Below, piece after piece: positions 32,425 through 41,931 of a stretch of DNA of 64,000 nucleotides (positions are counted from its first letter, which is position 1; each line of letters begins with the position of its first letter). Source of the stretch: an uncultured cyanobacterium (lineage in GTDB: Bacteria > Cyanobacteriota > Cyanobacteriia > Cyanobacteriales > Nostocaceae); contig CAVUDP010000002.1 in NCBI GenBank assembly GCA_963740315.1, forward strand, positions 2,144,001 to 2,208,000. The letters run 5' to 3'. The notes under the pieces were generated by a model. The model did not search any database and was not told the origin of the DNA. It worked only from the letters and a program-made list of their open reading frames with translations. Position numbers and translations under genes: made by a program.

Positions 32425-33837
32425 ATGAAAAAAATATTTATCTCTCTTTTCAGCATAATTACTCTAAGTCATGCAACAGCTGTTGCGGCTCCTTTAAGAC
32501 AACCCGTTAAAACTTTTACAGAATACTGTCAGCAGAAATCAACGTTACCAGAAGCAACGAAACATACTGTTGAAGTCTTGTTAAGAAAAGCCGGTACTCA
32601 AGATTGTCAGCAAGCGAATCGGAAACTTAGCAGTTTGACTGAGCTTTCTCTTTCGGGGAACCAAATAAGCGACTTAAAGCCACTTTCTGGTTTAACTAAT
32701 TTGACTGAGCTTTCTCTTTGGCGGAACCAAATAAGCGACTTAAAGCCACTTTCTGGTTTAACTAATTTGACTGAGCTTTATCTTTGGCGGAACCAAATAA
32801 GCGACTTAAAGCCACTTTCTGGTTTAACTAATTTGACTACCTTAGATATTTGGGAGAACCAAATAAGCGACTTAAAGCCACTTTCTGGTTTAACTAATTT
32901 GACTTTCCTTAGACTTATAGAAAATCAAATAAGCGACGTAAAACCTCTTTCTAGTTTAACTAATTTGACTGAGCTTTATCTTAATGAAAATAAAATAAGT
33001 GATGTAAAACCGCTTTCTAGTTTAACTAATTTGACTGAGCTTGATCTTAATGGAAATAAAATAAGTGATGTAAAACCGCTTTCTAGTTTAACTAATTTGA
33101 CTTTCCTTAGACTTATAGAAAATCAAATAAGCGACGTAAAACCGCTTTCTAGTTTAACTAATTTAAATTATCTTAGTCTTTCAAGGAATCAAATAAGCGA
33201 CGTGAAACCACTTTCTAGTTTGACTAATTTGACTACCTTAGATATTTGGGAGAACCAAATAAGCGATGTGAAACCACTTTCTAGGTTAACTAATTTAAAT
33301 TCTCTTGGTCTTTCAGAGAATAATATAAGCGATGTGAAACCACTTTCTAGGTTAAGTAATTTAAATTCTCTTAGTCTTTCAAGGAATCAAATAAGCGATA
33401 TAAAACCACTTTCTGGTTTAACTGATTTAAATCATCTTGGTCTTTCAGGGAATCAAATAAGCGACGTGAAACCACTTTCTAGTTTAACTAATTTAAATTC
33501 TCTTGGTCTTTCAGAGAATAATATAAGCGATATAAAACCACTTTCTGGTTTAACTTATTTAACTCGGATTTTTCTTGCGAAAAATAAAATCAGCGATGTA
33601 AAACCGCTTTCTAGTTTAACTTATTTAACTATTCTTTTTCTTGGAGAGAATAAAATAAGTGATGTAAAACCGCTTTCTAGTTTAATTAATGTGATGTACA
33701 TCGATGTTGAGGCGAATAAAATAAGCGATATAAAACCGCTTTCTGGTTTAACTAATTTGACTGACCTTAAACTTGCAGGAAATTCAATCGAGGATAAAAC
33801 CTGTCCTTTTGAGAAAAAGTCCATATGTAAATTCTAG
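32425..33837 (+). CDS. Secreted internalin-like LRR protein (gene 2; about 18 repeats)
   Basis: Signal peptide MKKIFISLFSIITLSHATAVAA, N-cap FTEYCQQK...DCQQA, 22-aa LxxLxLxxNxIxDxKPLSxLTN repeats and C-cap TCPFEKKSICKF. Confidence 0.93.
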   Translation: MKKIFISLFSIITLSHATAVAAPLRQPVKTFTEYCQQKSTLPEATKHTVEVLLRKAGTQDCQQANRKLSSLTELSLSGNQISDLKPLSGLTNLTELSLWRNQISDLKPLSGLTNLTELYLWRNQISDLKPLSGLTNLTTLDIWENQISDLKPLSGLTNLTFLRLIENQISDVKPLSSLTNLTELYLNENKISDVKPLSSLTNLTELDLNGNKISDVKPLSSLTNLTFLRLIENQISDVKPLSSLTNLNYLSLSRNQISDVKPLSSLTNLTTLDIWENQISDVKPLSRLTNLNSLGLSENNISDVKPLSRLSNLNSLSLSRNQISDIKPLSGLTDLNHLGLSGNQISDVKPLSSLTNLNSLGLSENNISDIKPLSGLTYLTRIFLAKNKISDVKPLSSLTYLTILFLGENKISDVKPLSSLINVMYIDVEANKISDIKPLSGLTNLTDLKLAGNSIEDKTCPFEKKSICKF

Positions 33838-33857
33838 TTACATTCTAAAGTCAATCG

Positions 33858-33893
33858 TTTCACCGCAAGATCGGTATTAAAATTGCGGTGAAA
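33858..33893 (+). terminator. Hairpin after LRR gene 2
   Basis: tttcaccgcaa ... ttgcggtgaaa. A related tcaccg...cggtga hairpin follows gene 5 at 38947-38972. Confidence 0.55.
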
Positions 33894-33978
33894 AGGATTA
33901 ATTTCAACTTAATAAACAAGCTAAGAACCAAATAAGCGACATAAAGCCGCTCTCAAATTTAACTATTACATACCCATA

Positions 33979-36033
33979 ATGAGAAAACAATCAATAGCAA
34001 TCCTTTTTGCGGCACTAGCTTTAACAGCATTCATACTAAAAAAACCATATTTAGCTTATAAACAGAAAGCAGAAATAGCCAATAAAATGACAGAATGGTG
34101 CGAGAAAAAATCTACATTAGCTCAAGAAACAAGGATTACGGTAGAAGCTTTATTAGCAAGAGCGGGGACAAATGATTGTGAAAAAGCTGGTGAAAGACTT
34201 AGCAATTTAGAAAAAATTTACCTATCACAAAGTAATATCAGCGATTTAGTACCAGTTGCTGATTTAACTAATTTGAAGGGACTTGACCTTGAAGATAATA
34301 ACATCAGCGATTTAACACAACTTTCTAATTTAACTAATTTAACCTGGCTTAGTCTCGGACAAAATAAAATCAGCGATGCAAAACCACTTTTAAAATTAGT
34401 GAATTTGACTGAACTTGAGCTTGATAGCAATCAAATTGACGATGTAGTGTTACTTAGTTCTTTTAAACAATTAGAGTCTTTGAGTTTAGCGTCTAATAAT
34501 ATCAGCGACATTCAACCGCTAGCTAATTTAACTAATTTAAAGGAACTTCGGCTTGATAATAACAATATTACCGACATCAAAACGCTTTCTAGTTTAACTA
34601 ACCTGACAGAGCTTACGCTTTGGGGAAATCAAATCGCTGACATAAAACCGCTGAAAAAGTTAACTAATTTGACTGAACTTGAAATTCCCGCTCAAAGTTT
34701 TACCTGGTGGTGCGAGCAAAAAGCAACCTTACCTAAAGAAACAAAGCATACAGTTGAGGTTTTATTAAAAGAAGCAGGTAGCGAAGATTGCCAAAAGGCT
34801 AATCAAAAACTGAGTAGTTTGACTACAATTAGTCTTTTAGACAAAGGAATTAGTGATTTACAACCCTTATCAAAGTTAACTAAATTGACTAAAATTGAGC
34901 TTTTAAGCAACAATATTAGCGACTTAAAAGCGCTCTCTTCCTTAACTAATTTGACTCATCTTGATCTTAGTTACAATCCAATTAGCGATTTAAAATCGCT
35001 TTCAAACTTAACTAATTTAACTATTCTATCACTTAGACAAAATAAAATTGAGGACATTAAACCACTCTCTTCCTTAACTAATTTGACTCGGCTTTCGATT
35101 ACTGATAATCCAATCAAAGATTTACAACCGCTTTCAAAGTTAACTTATTTGAATGAGCTTTATCTTACCGATAATAAAATCAAGGACATCAAAGCGCTTT
35201 CAACCTTAACCAATTTGAACACGCTTTACATTAGTAGAAATAAAATCAAGGATATAAAACCGCTTTCAACCTTAACTAATTTAGATTCGCTTGACCTTAA
35301 TAGTAATCCGATCGGCGACTTAAAACCGCTCTCGACCTTAACTAGTTTAACTTGGCTTGACTTTAGTAAAAACCAGATTAGCGACTTAAAACCGCTTTCA
35401 ACGCTAACTAATTTGACTTGGCTTAGGCTTGACCAAAATCAAATCGGCGACTTAAAACCGCTTTCAAAGTTAACTAATTTGAATAAGCTTTACCTGAATA
35501 AAAACCGAATTAATGACCTAAAACCACTCTCAACGTTAACTAATCTAAAAGCACTTGAACTTGATGAAACCCGAATTAGTGACTTGAAACCGCTTTTAAC
35601 ATTAACTAAACTGACTAGGCTTTATGCTGGTCAAAATCAAATAAGTGACTTAAAACCGCTTTCAACCTTAACTAATTTATCTAAGCTTGCTCTTCATCAA
35701 AATCAAATAAGTGACTTAAAACCGCTTTCAACCTTAACTAATTTGACCCAGCTTTACCTTGGAGCCAATCAAATTAACGATGTAGAACCGCTTTCTAATT
35801 TGACTAAGTTGACTTTGCTTAATATTGGTTCAAACCAAATTAGCGACGTAAAACCACTCTCTGATTTAACTAATTTGACCCAGCTTGACCTTAGTAAAAA
35901 CAATATTAGTGACCAGCAACCGCTTTCAAACTTGACTAAGTTAAAAGATATAGGTCTTAATCTTTTGGAAAATCCACTCACTAATAAAACCTGCCCAGTA
36001 AAACCGAAGTCTGCGTGCTTTCTTTTAAATTGA
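33979..36033 (+). CDS. Internalin-like LRR protein (gene 3; two N-cap/LRR blocks, about 25 repeats)
   Basis: N-terminal hydrophobic segment, N-cap TEWCEKK...DCEKA, second N-cap FTWWCEQK...DCQKA at about 34693, and C-cap TCPVKPKSACF. Confidence 0.93.
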   Translation: MRKQSIAILFAALALTAFILKKPYLAYKQKAEIANKMTEWCEKKSTLAQETRITVEALLARAGTNDCEKAGERLSNLEKIYLSQSNISDLVPVADLTNLKGLDLEDNNISDLTQLSNLTNLTWLSLGQNKISDAKPLLKLVNLTELELDSNQIDDVVLLSSFKQLESLSLASNNISDIQPLANLTNLKELRLDNNNITDIKTLSSLTNLTELTLWGNQIADIKPLKKLTNLTELEIPAQSFTWWCEQKATLPKETKHTVEVLLKEAGSEDCQKANQKLSSLTTISLLDKGISDLQPLSKLTKLTKIELLSNNISDLKALSSLTNLTHLDLSYNPISDLKSLSNLTNLTILSLRQNKIEDIKPLSSLTNLTRLSITDNPIKDLQPLSKLTYLNELYLTDNKIKDIKALSTLTNLNTLYISRNKIKDIKPLSTLTNLDSLDLNSNPIGDLKPLSTLTSLTWLDFSKNQISDLKPLSTLTNLTWLRLDQNQIGDLKPLSKLTNLNKLYLNKNRINDLKPLSTLTNLKALELDETRISDLKPLLTLTKLTRLYAGQNQISDLKPLSTLTNLSKLALHQNQISDLKPLSTLTNLTQLYLGANQINDVEPLSNLTKLTLLNIGSNQISDVKPLSDLTNLTQLDLSKNNISDQQPLSNLTKLKDIGLNLLENPLTNKTCPVKPKSACFLLN

Positions 36034-36053
36034 TGATAACAAGGAAATTTAAA

Positions 36054-37019
36054 ATGAAATTAATTGCATTATTTTTCACAGCACTAACTTTAACAAGCTG
36101 TACTTTAGGAATTTCTCAGCAGAATCAATCTTATAAAACATTTACCGAATGGTGCGAAAATAAATCAACTTTATCTTGGGGAGCTAAACATACAGTCGAT
36201 GTTTTATTAAAAGAAGTGGGTACTAAGGATTGTCAGGAAGCAAATCGAAGACTAAGTAATTTAGAAGACCTTTCATTAGGTAGAAAAAGAATTAGTAATC
36301 TACAGCCACTTTCAACTTTAACTAATCTAAATTCTCTTATACTCAATGATAATAATATTAACGATATCAAACCGCTTTCCAAGTTAACAAATTTAGATTG
36401 GCTTAGCCTTGGTAATAATCAAATCAAAGATATAAAACCGCTGGCAAAATTGACTAAATTGAGAAATCTTCATCTTCAAAGAAATAAAATTGTTAATATC
36501 AAACCTCTGGAAAATTTAGATAAACTTGAATCTGTCTTTCTTGGAAACAATCAAATTACTGATACTCAGCCTCCTGTAAAGTTAACTAGTCCTAATTTAA
36601 GATTTCTCTCACTTCATAGAAATAAAATTAGCAATTTGAGCTTTGTGTCCGAATTAAAGAATTTAAGTTCCCTTCATCTTGATTCAAATCAAATCAGCGA
36701 CCTCAAACCGCTGCAAAACCTAACTAATTTGACTAATCTTGACCTCAAGGATAATAAAATTTTTAATTTAAGACCGCTTTCTGATTTATCTAATTTAACC
36801 GAACTTAAACTTAGTCAAAATGAAATCAGTAACCTCAAACCGCTTTCTGATTTAACTAATTTGACCTTTCTTGAGCTTAATAAAAATCAAATCAGCAATA
36901 TAAAATCACTTTCTAATTTAACTAACTTGGATTATCTTGTTCTTTCGGAAAATCCAATCGAAGATAATACTTGTCCGGTACAGTCAGCTTCTGTATGTGC
37001 TTTTTCGGACGGAAATTAA
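36054..37019 (+). CDS. LRR lipoprotein (gene 4; about 11 repeats)
   Basis: AAGGA RBS, MKLIALFFTALTLTSC lipobox, N-cap FTEWCENK...DCQEA and C-cap TCPVQSASVCAF. Confidence 0.92.
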   Translation: MKLIALFFTALTLTSCTLGISQQNQSYKTFTEWCENKSTLSWGAKHTVDVLLKEVGTKDCQEANRRLSNLEDLSLGRKRISNLQPLSTLTNLNSLILNDNNINDIKPLSKLTNLDWLSLGNNQIKDIKPLAKLTKLRNLHLQRNKIVNIKPLENLDKLESVFLGNNQITDTQPPVKLTSPNLRFLSLHRNKISNLSFVSELKNLSSLHLDSNQISDLKPLQNLTNLTNLDLKDNKIFNLRPLSDLSNLTELKLSQNEISNLKPLSDLTNLTFLELNKNQISNIKSLSNLTNLDYLVLSENPIEDNTCPVQSASVCAFSDGN

Positions 37020-37040
37020 AATTGCGATACCGGGGCGTGA

Positions 37041-37184
37041 GTCAGCGACATCAAACCGCTTTCTGATTTAACTAATTTGCTCAAACCTTTTTCTTCACTA
37101 CCTGGACTAAAACTCTATGGAAATCCTATTAAGAACAAAATCTGTCCCGTAAAACCAGATGATATATGCAGTTTTAGTGAGTGA
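37041..37184 (+). pseudogene. Orphan LRR end-module plus C-cap cassette with no start codon
   Basis: Open frame VSDIKPLSDLTNLLKPFSSLPGLKLYGNPIKNKICPVKPDDICSFSE*. Confidence 0.8.
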
Positions 37185-37427
37185 ATAAATAGAATAGCTG
37201 CTGCGCGTCCATATCTTATTTGGTTGATTTCGCTTTCTGTTGCGATCGCCTTTGTTGAATTTAGTCTAACGACTCAGGGAGTGAACGCTTAATCCACTTC
37301 TTCCCTTATATCCAGCATCGAATCTGCAATCAATCCAAGTTTATAACTCAAAAATTCAGTAATCTATTTTTAGGCGCTGTATAATATAGTAAAACTCTAG
37401 GCTTAGGATAGTAAATACACTTAAGAA

Positions 37428-38918
37428 ATGAATATAACTAAAACCTCTATATGTACTGCACTGTCATTGTTAGCAGTATTGCAAACTACGAAAGCTATTG
37501 CAACACCTTTCAGACAGCCTGTAAAAAGTTTTACTGAGTGGTGTAAAGAAAAGTCCACATTACCACTTGAAACAAAGATTACAATTGCAGTCTTGTTAGA
37601 AAAAGCGGGTACTCAAGATTGTCAGCAAGCAAATCGAAAGCTTAGCGAATTGACCGAGCTTAGCCTGAGAAGAAAGGGAATAAGCGATCTAAAGCCGCTT
37701 GCTAATTTGACCAATTTAACCAACCTAGACCTTAAAAGAAATCTAATAAGTGACCTAAAACCGCTTGCTAATTTGACTAATTTAACCAACCTAACACTTG
37801 GAGAGAATCGAATCAGCGACGTGAAACCGCTTGCTAATTTGACTAATTTAACTCACCTACATCTTTATACAAATCAAATAAGTGATGTAAAACCGCTTGC
37901 TAATTTAACTAATTTAACTTACTTAGACCTTGCAGTAAATCAAACAACTGATTTAAAACCGCTTGCTAATTTAATTAATTTAACTCACCTAAACCTTGAA
38001 AACAATAAAATAAACAACTTAAAACCGCTTGCGAATTTAACTAATTTAACTAACCTACAACTTTATTCAAATCAAATAAGTGACTTAAAACCGCTTGCGA
38101 ATTTAACTAATTTAACTAACTTAGACCTTTATACAAATCAAATAATTGACGTGAATCCGCTTGCTAATTTAATTAATTTAACAAACCTAAACCTTACAGA
38201 CAATCAAATAAGCGACTTAAAACCAATTGCTAATTTAACTAATTTAACTGAGCTAAATCTTGAAAAAAATCAAATAAGTAACTTACAACCGCTTTCTCGT
38301 TTAAATAGTTTAACTAAACTTAACCTTTGGCAAAATCAAATAAGTAACTTACAACCGCTTTCTCGTTTAAATAATTTAACTCAACTCCGGCTTTTGCAAA
38401 ACCAAATAAGTGACCTGAAACCGCTCTCAAAATTAACTAATTTAGCTAGTCTAAACCTTGGAGAGAATCAAATAAATGACGTTAAACCGCTTGCTAATTT
38501 AATTAATTTGAAGGGGCTTTTACTCAATAAAAATAGAATAAGGAATCTAAAACCGCTTTCTAGTTTAACTAAGTTGCAGTTGCTTTATATTGCTGAAAAT
38601 AGAATAAGGAATCTAAAACCGCTTTCTAGTTTAACTAAGTTGCAGTCGCTTTATATTGCTGAAAATAGAATCAGAAACCTCAAACCGCTTTCTAATTTAA
38701 CTAATTTGAACTACCTAAACCTTGAAAAAAATAAAATCAGAAACCTAGAGCCACTTTCTGATTTAACTGCTTTGACTCACCTTGAGCTTAATGAGAATAA
38801 GATCGGCAATATTAAGTCGCTTACTAAGTTAAATAATTTATCAAATTTGAAACTAGTTGATAATCCGATTGAAGACAAAACTTGTCCTATAAAGGCAAAG
38901 TCTGTATGCGAATTTTAG
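37428..38918 (+). CDS. Secreted internalin-like LRR protein (gene 5; about 19 repeats)
   Basis: Signal peptide MNITKTSICTALSLLAVLQTTKAIA, N-cap FTEWCKEK...DCQQA and C-cap TCPIKAKSVCEF. Confidence 0.93.
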   Translation: MNITKTSICTALSLLAVLQTTKAIATPFRQPVKSFTEWCKEKSTLPLETKITIAVLLEKAGTQDCQQANRKLSELTELSLRRKGISDLKPLANLTNLTNLDLKRNLISDLKPLANLTNLTNLTLGENRISDVKPLANLTNLTHLHLYTNQISDVKPLANLTNLTYLDLAVNQTTDLKPLANLINLTHLNLENNKINNLKPLANLTNLTNLQLYSNQISDLKPLANLTNLTNLDLYTNQIIDVNPLANLINLTNLNLTDNQISDLKPIANLTNLTELNLEKNQISNLQPLSRLNSLTKLNLWQNQISNLQPLSRLNNLTQLRLLQNQISDLKPLSKLTNLASLNLGENQINDVKPLANLINLKGLLLNKNRIRNLKPLSSLTKLQLLYIAENRIRNLKPLSSLTKLQSLYIAENRIRNLKPLSNLTNLNYLNLEKNKIRNLEPLSDLTALTHLELNENKIGNIKSLTKLNNLSNLKLVDNPIEDKTCPIKAKSVCEF

Positions 38919-39123
38919 CTATTGTTTAAGCTAGATTTTAATCCTGTCACCGTAACGTCGAAGATGCGGTGAGATTATTTTTTTGGCAATAAACCCTTGG
39001 CTATATCCCACCACCGAATCTGCAATCCAATTAAATTTATGATGCGAAATTTCAGTAATTTTCGTCATTTCAATGTATTAAATATTTGCTATAAATAAAC
39101 TAAATAATCTTTTTTCTTAAAAT

Positions 39124-39828
39124 ATGAACATAATAAAAGCCTCTTTTTGTACTGTATTATCCTTCAGTGCATTATTACAAACTACAAAAGCGATCGCAAC
39201 TCCTTTAAGACAACCCGTTAAAAGTTTTACCGAATGGTGTCAGCAAAAATCAACGTTACCAGAATCAACGAAATATACTGTTGAAGTCTTGTTAGAAAAA
39301 GCTGATACTCAAGACTGTCAGCAAGCAAATCGGAAACTTAGCAGTTTGACTCGGCTTTATCTTTGGGATAACGATAAGCAAATAAGCGACGTAAAACCGC
39401 TCTCAAGTTTAACTAATTTGACTTACCTTTCTGTTTGGGGGAACCAAATAAGCGACGTAAAACCGCTCTCAAGTTTAACTAATTTGACTTACCTTAATCT
39501 TGCAAGAAATCAAATAAGTGACGTAAAACCGCTCTCAAGTTTAACTAATTTGACTTACCTTAATCTTTGGAAGAACCAAATAAGCCACGTAAAAGCGCTT
39601 TCAAGTTTAACTAATTTGACTCGCCTTGATATTGCATCAAATCAAATAAATGACGTAAAACCGCTCTCAAGTTTAACTAATTTGACTTGGCTTTCTCTTT
39701 TGAATAACCAAATAAATGACGTAAAACCGCTCTCAAGTTTAACTAATTTGACTCGCCTTAACCTTTTCGCAAATCCCATAAAAAATAAAACTTGTCCAAT
39801 AAAAAAAGATGATGTATGTAAATTTTAA
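39124..39828 (+). CDS. Secreted internalin-like LRR protein (gene 6; 7 repeats)
   Basis: Signal peptide, N-cap FTEWCQQK...DCQQA and C-cap TCPIKKDDVCKF. Confidence 0.93.
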   Translation: MNIIKASFCTVLSFSALLQTTKAIATPLRQPVKSFTEWCQQKSTLPESTKYTVEVLLEKADTQDCQQANRKLSSLTRLYLWDNDKQISDVKPLSSLTNLTYLSVWGNQISDVKPLSSLTNLTYLNLARNQISDVKPLSSLTNLTYLNLWKNQISHVKALSSLTNLTRLDIASNQINDVKPLSSLTNLTWLSLLNNQINDVKPLSSLTNLTRLNLFANPIKNKTCPIKKDDVCKF

Positions 39829-40004
39829 CCATTAGCTGGCGGAGAAAACGAGAAATACATCAAAATCAAAATTTAATTTTATTCATTTCCTAGCTAGAAT
39901 TTAACTTCAAGCTAGGATATTTTATTACCCGTCTCACCATCGCTCATACCAAACATCCCCTAATCTATAATAGTTTTGGCTTCACAAACGCAATTATTTT
40001 TCCC

Positions 40005-40712
40005 ATGCTTAATTCCCCAAACCTCAAACATTCCACCACCAAATTCCGCCGCTATTTCTTTGAATTTCTCGGCAGCGAGCGCTATTCCCGCCCTTATCGT
40101 CGCGGAGTTGGCAAAATAATCGAAAAATATTTATCCCAAAATGGCTTTTTTATCGAAGTTGGAGCAAATAACGGTTTCTCCGAAAGCAATACTTATTATC
40201 TAGAAAGATTTAGAAACTGGAAAGGAGTTTTAATCGAACCAATTCCCCATCTTTATCAAGAATGCGTCAAAGAAAGACCAAATTCACAAGTTTTTAACTG
40301 TGCTTTAGTCTCTCCCGATTACCCAGAGCCGGAAATTGAAATGATGTACGGTCATTTAATGTCCCTCGTTAAAGGTGCTTTCGATGATGATGATATTGAA
40401 GCCGAACGTGTGGCGATCGCCGGAAGGAAGTTGGGATTTACTCCTTACAAAATTAAGGTTCCAGCTAGAACTTTAACTTCTATCTTAGATGAAGCCAATA
40501 CACCTAAAATCGATTTTTTCTCCCTCGATGTCGAAGGTTTTGAATTAAATGCTTTGCAAGGGTTGGATTTTGATAAGTATCTACCCGAATATATGTTAAT
40601 CGAATGTTTAAACGAAGAATCTTTTCAAGAAATTGAATCTTATATTGGCGATCGCTACAATCTATTTGAAAAAGCCTCCCAAGTCGATTATCTTTTTAAG
40701 AGTAGGGAGTAG
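40005..40712 (+). CDS. FkbM-family methyltransferase
   Basis: FIEVGANNG, WKGVLIEP and IDFFSLDVEGFE motifs. Confidence 0.9.
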   Translation: MLNSPNLKHSTTKFRRYFFEFLGSERYSRPYRRGVGKIIEKYLSQNGFFIEVGANNGFSESNTYYLERFRNWKGVLIEPIPHLYQECVKERPNSQVFNCALVSPDYPEPEIEMMYGHLMSLVKGAFDDDDIEAERVAIAGRKLGFTPYKIKVPARTLTSILDEANTPKIDFFSLDVEGFELNALQGLDFDKYLPEYMLIECLNEESFQEIESYIGDRYNLFEKASQVDYLFKSRE

Positions 40713-40732
40713 GGAGTAGGGAGTAGGGAACA

Positions 40733-41674
40733 GTGAAAATTAAACAAAACCTCAATTGGAAAATCCGTCTGCTCGATCAAATTCTCCGTCTCGACAAACC
40801 ACTAAATAAAATGAATGAGGAGGAATTGAAACTCGTAAACGAAACTCCTATTTCTCCAATTATACAAAGAATTTTTGCTGGTAAAAAATTTAAACTACCC
40901 AAAGTTGAACAAAAAGTAATTACCGGCAGACACGGGGAAATTCCAATTCAACTTTATTATCCTTCATTAAATCCCAATCTTCCCGTAATTCTGTTTATCC
41001 ACGGTGGTGGTTGGATTTATGGAAATTTTCCAACTTACGATTTTATGTGTCGTCGTATTGCTAGCAAAAGTAATTCTTTAGTCATTGCCATTAATTACAG
41101 ATTAGCTCCCCAATATAAATATCCCATAGCTTTAGAAGACTGCTACGACGCATTAACTTGGATCGGCGAAAACGCAATTAACTTAAATGCAAATCCCCAA
41201 AATTTAATAGTTATGGGAGACAGTGCAGGGGGAAATTTAGCCGCATCTTTATGTTTGATGCTCAGAGATCGAAAACAAGATTTAATTTACAAACAAATTC
41301 TTATTTATCCCGTCCTTGATGCAACTCTTTCTCAACCATCGATGCAATACTCCGATGCTCCCGTTCTCACAAAAGAATCAATGCAATTTTATGTTAAATG
41401 CTATTCTCGCAGCGATCGCGATATCCTTGAACCTTATTTTTCACCATTATTAACTCCAGATTTATCCAATCTTCCCCCGGCTTTAATTATTGCCGCAGAA
41501 TACGATGTTCTCCATGATGAAAATTTAATCTACGCTCAACGTCTTCAAACTGCAAATAATCAAGTTAAATTTATAGATTATCCCGGAATGGTACATGGCT
41601 TTCTCAGCTTTCCTCCTTTCTGCTCAAAAGCTAATAATGCATTCACACAAATCGCGTCTTATATTAATTCCTAG
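40733..41674 (+). CDS. Alpha/beta hydrolase (HSL-family esterase/lipase)
   Basis: HGGGW, YRLAP, GDSAGG, AEYDVL and HGF. Confidence 0.93.
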   Translation: MKIKQNLNWKIRLLDQILRLDKPLNKMNEEELKLVNETPISPIIQRIFAGKKFKLPKVEQKVITGRHGEIPIQLYYPSLNPNLPVILFIHGGGWIYGNFPTYDFMCRRIASKSNSLVIAINYRLAPQYKYPIALEDCYDALTWIGENAINLNANPQNLIVMGDSAGGNLAASLCLMLRDRKQDLIYKQILIYPVLDATLSQPSMQYSDAPVLTKESMQFYVKCYSRSDRDILEPYFSPLLTPDLSNLPPALIIAAEYDVLHDENLIYAQRLQTANNQVKFIDYPGMVHGFLSFPPFCSKANNAFTQIASYINS

Positions 41675-41931
41675 TCAAAAAATCGTAGCGCTATAGTTAT
41701 TTTATACTTCCAATTTGGTTTTTTATTATTTCACTTATTTTATCGCATTTTTAACAATTTTATTCTCGATTTCTTTGCAAATTTATTTGATAAAAGTGAT
41801 TAGCTAAAATAATTTTATAAATCAAATTGTCTAAAAAAAAAATTGGCAGGTTGATGCGGTTGAGTTGTCTAATTAACTCAATTTATTCTTACAAAAAACA
41901 TATTCAATTTTATAAATCAATTTTTAACAAT

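Noticed and set aside
31609..39828. Diversity-generating retroelement or site-specific shufflon acting on the LRR genes
   Set aside because: No reverse transcriptase or recombinase in the window, no template/variable repeat pair differing only at adenines, and no inverted cassettes.
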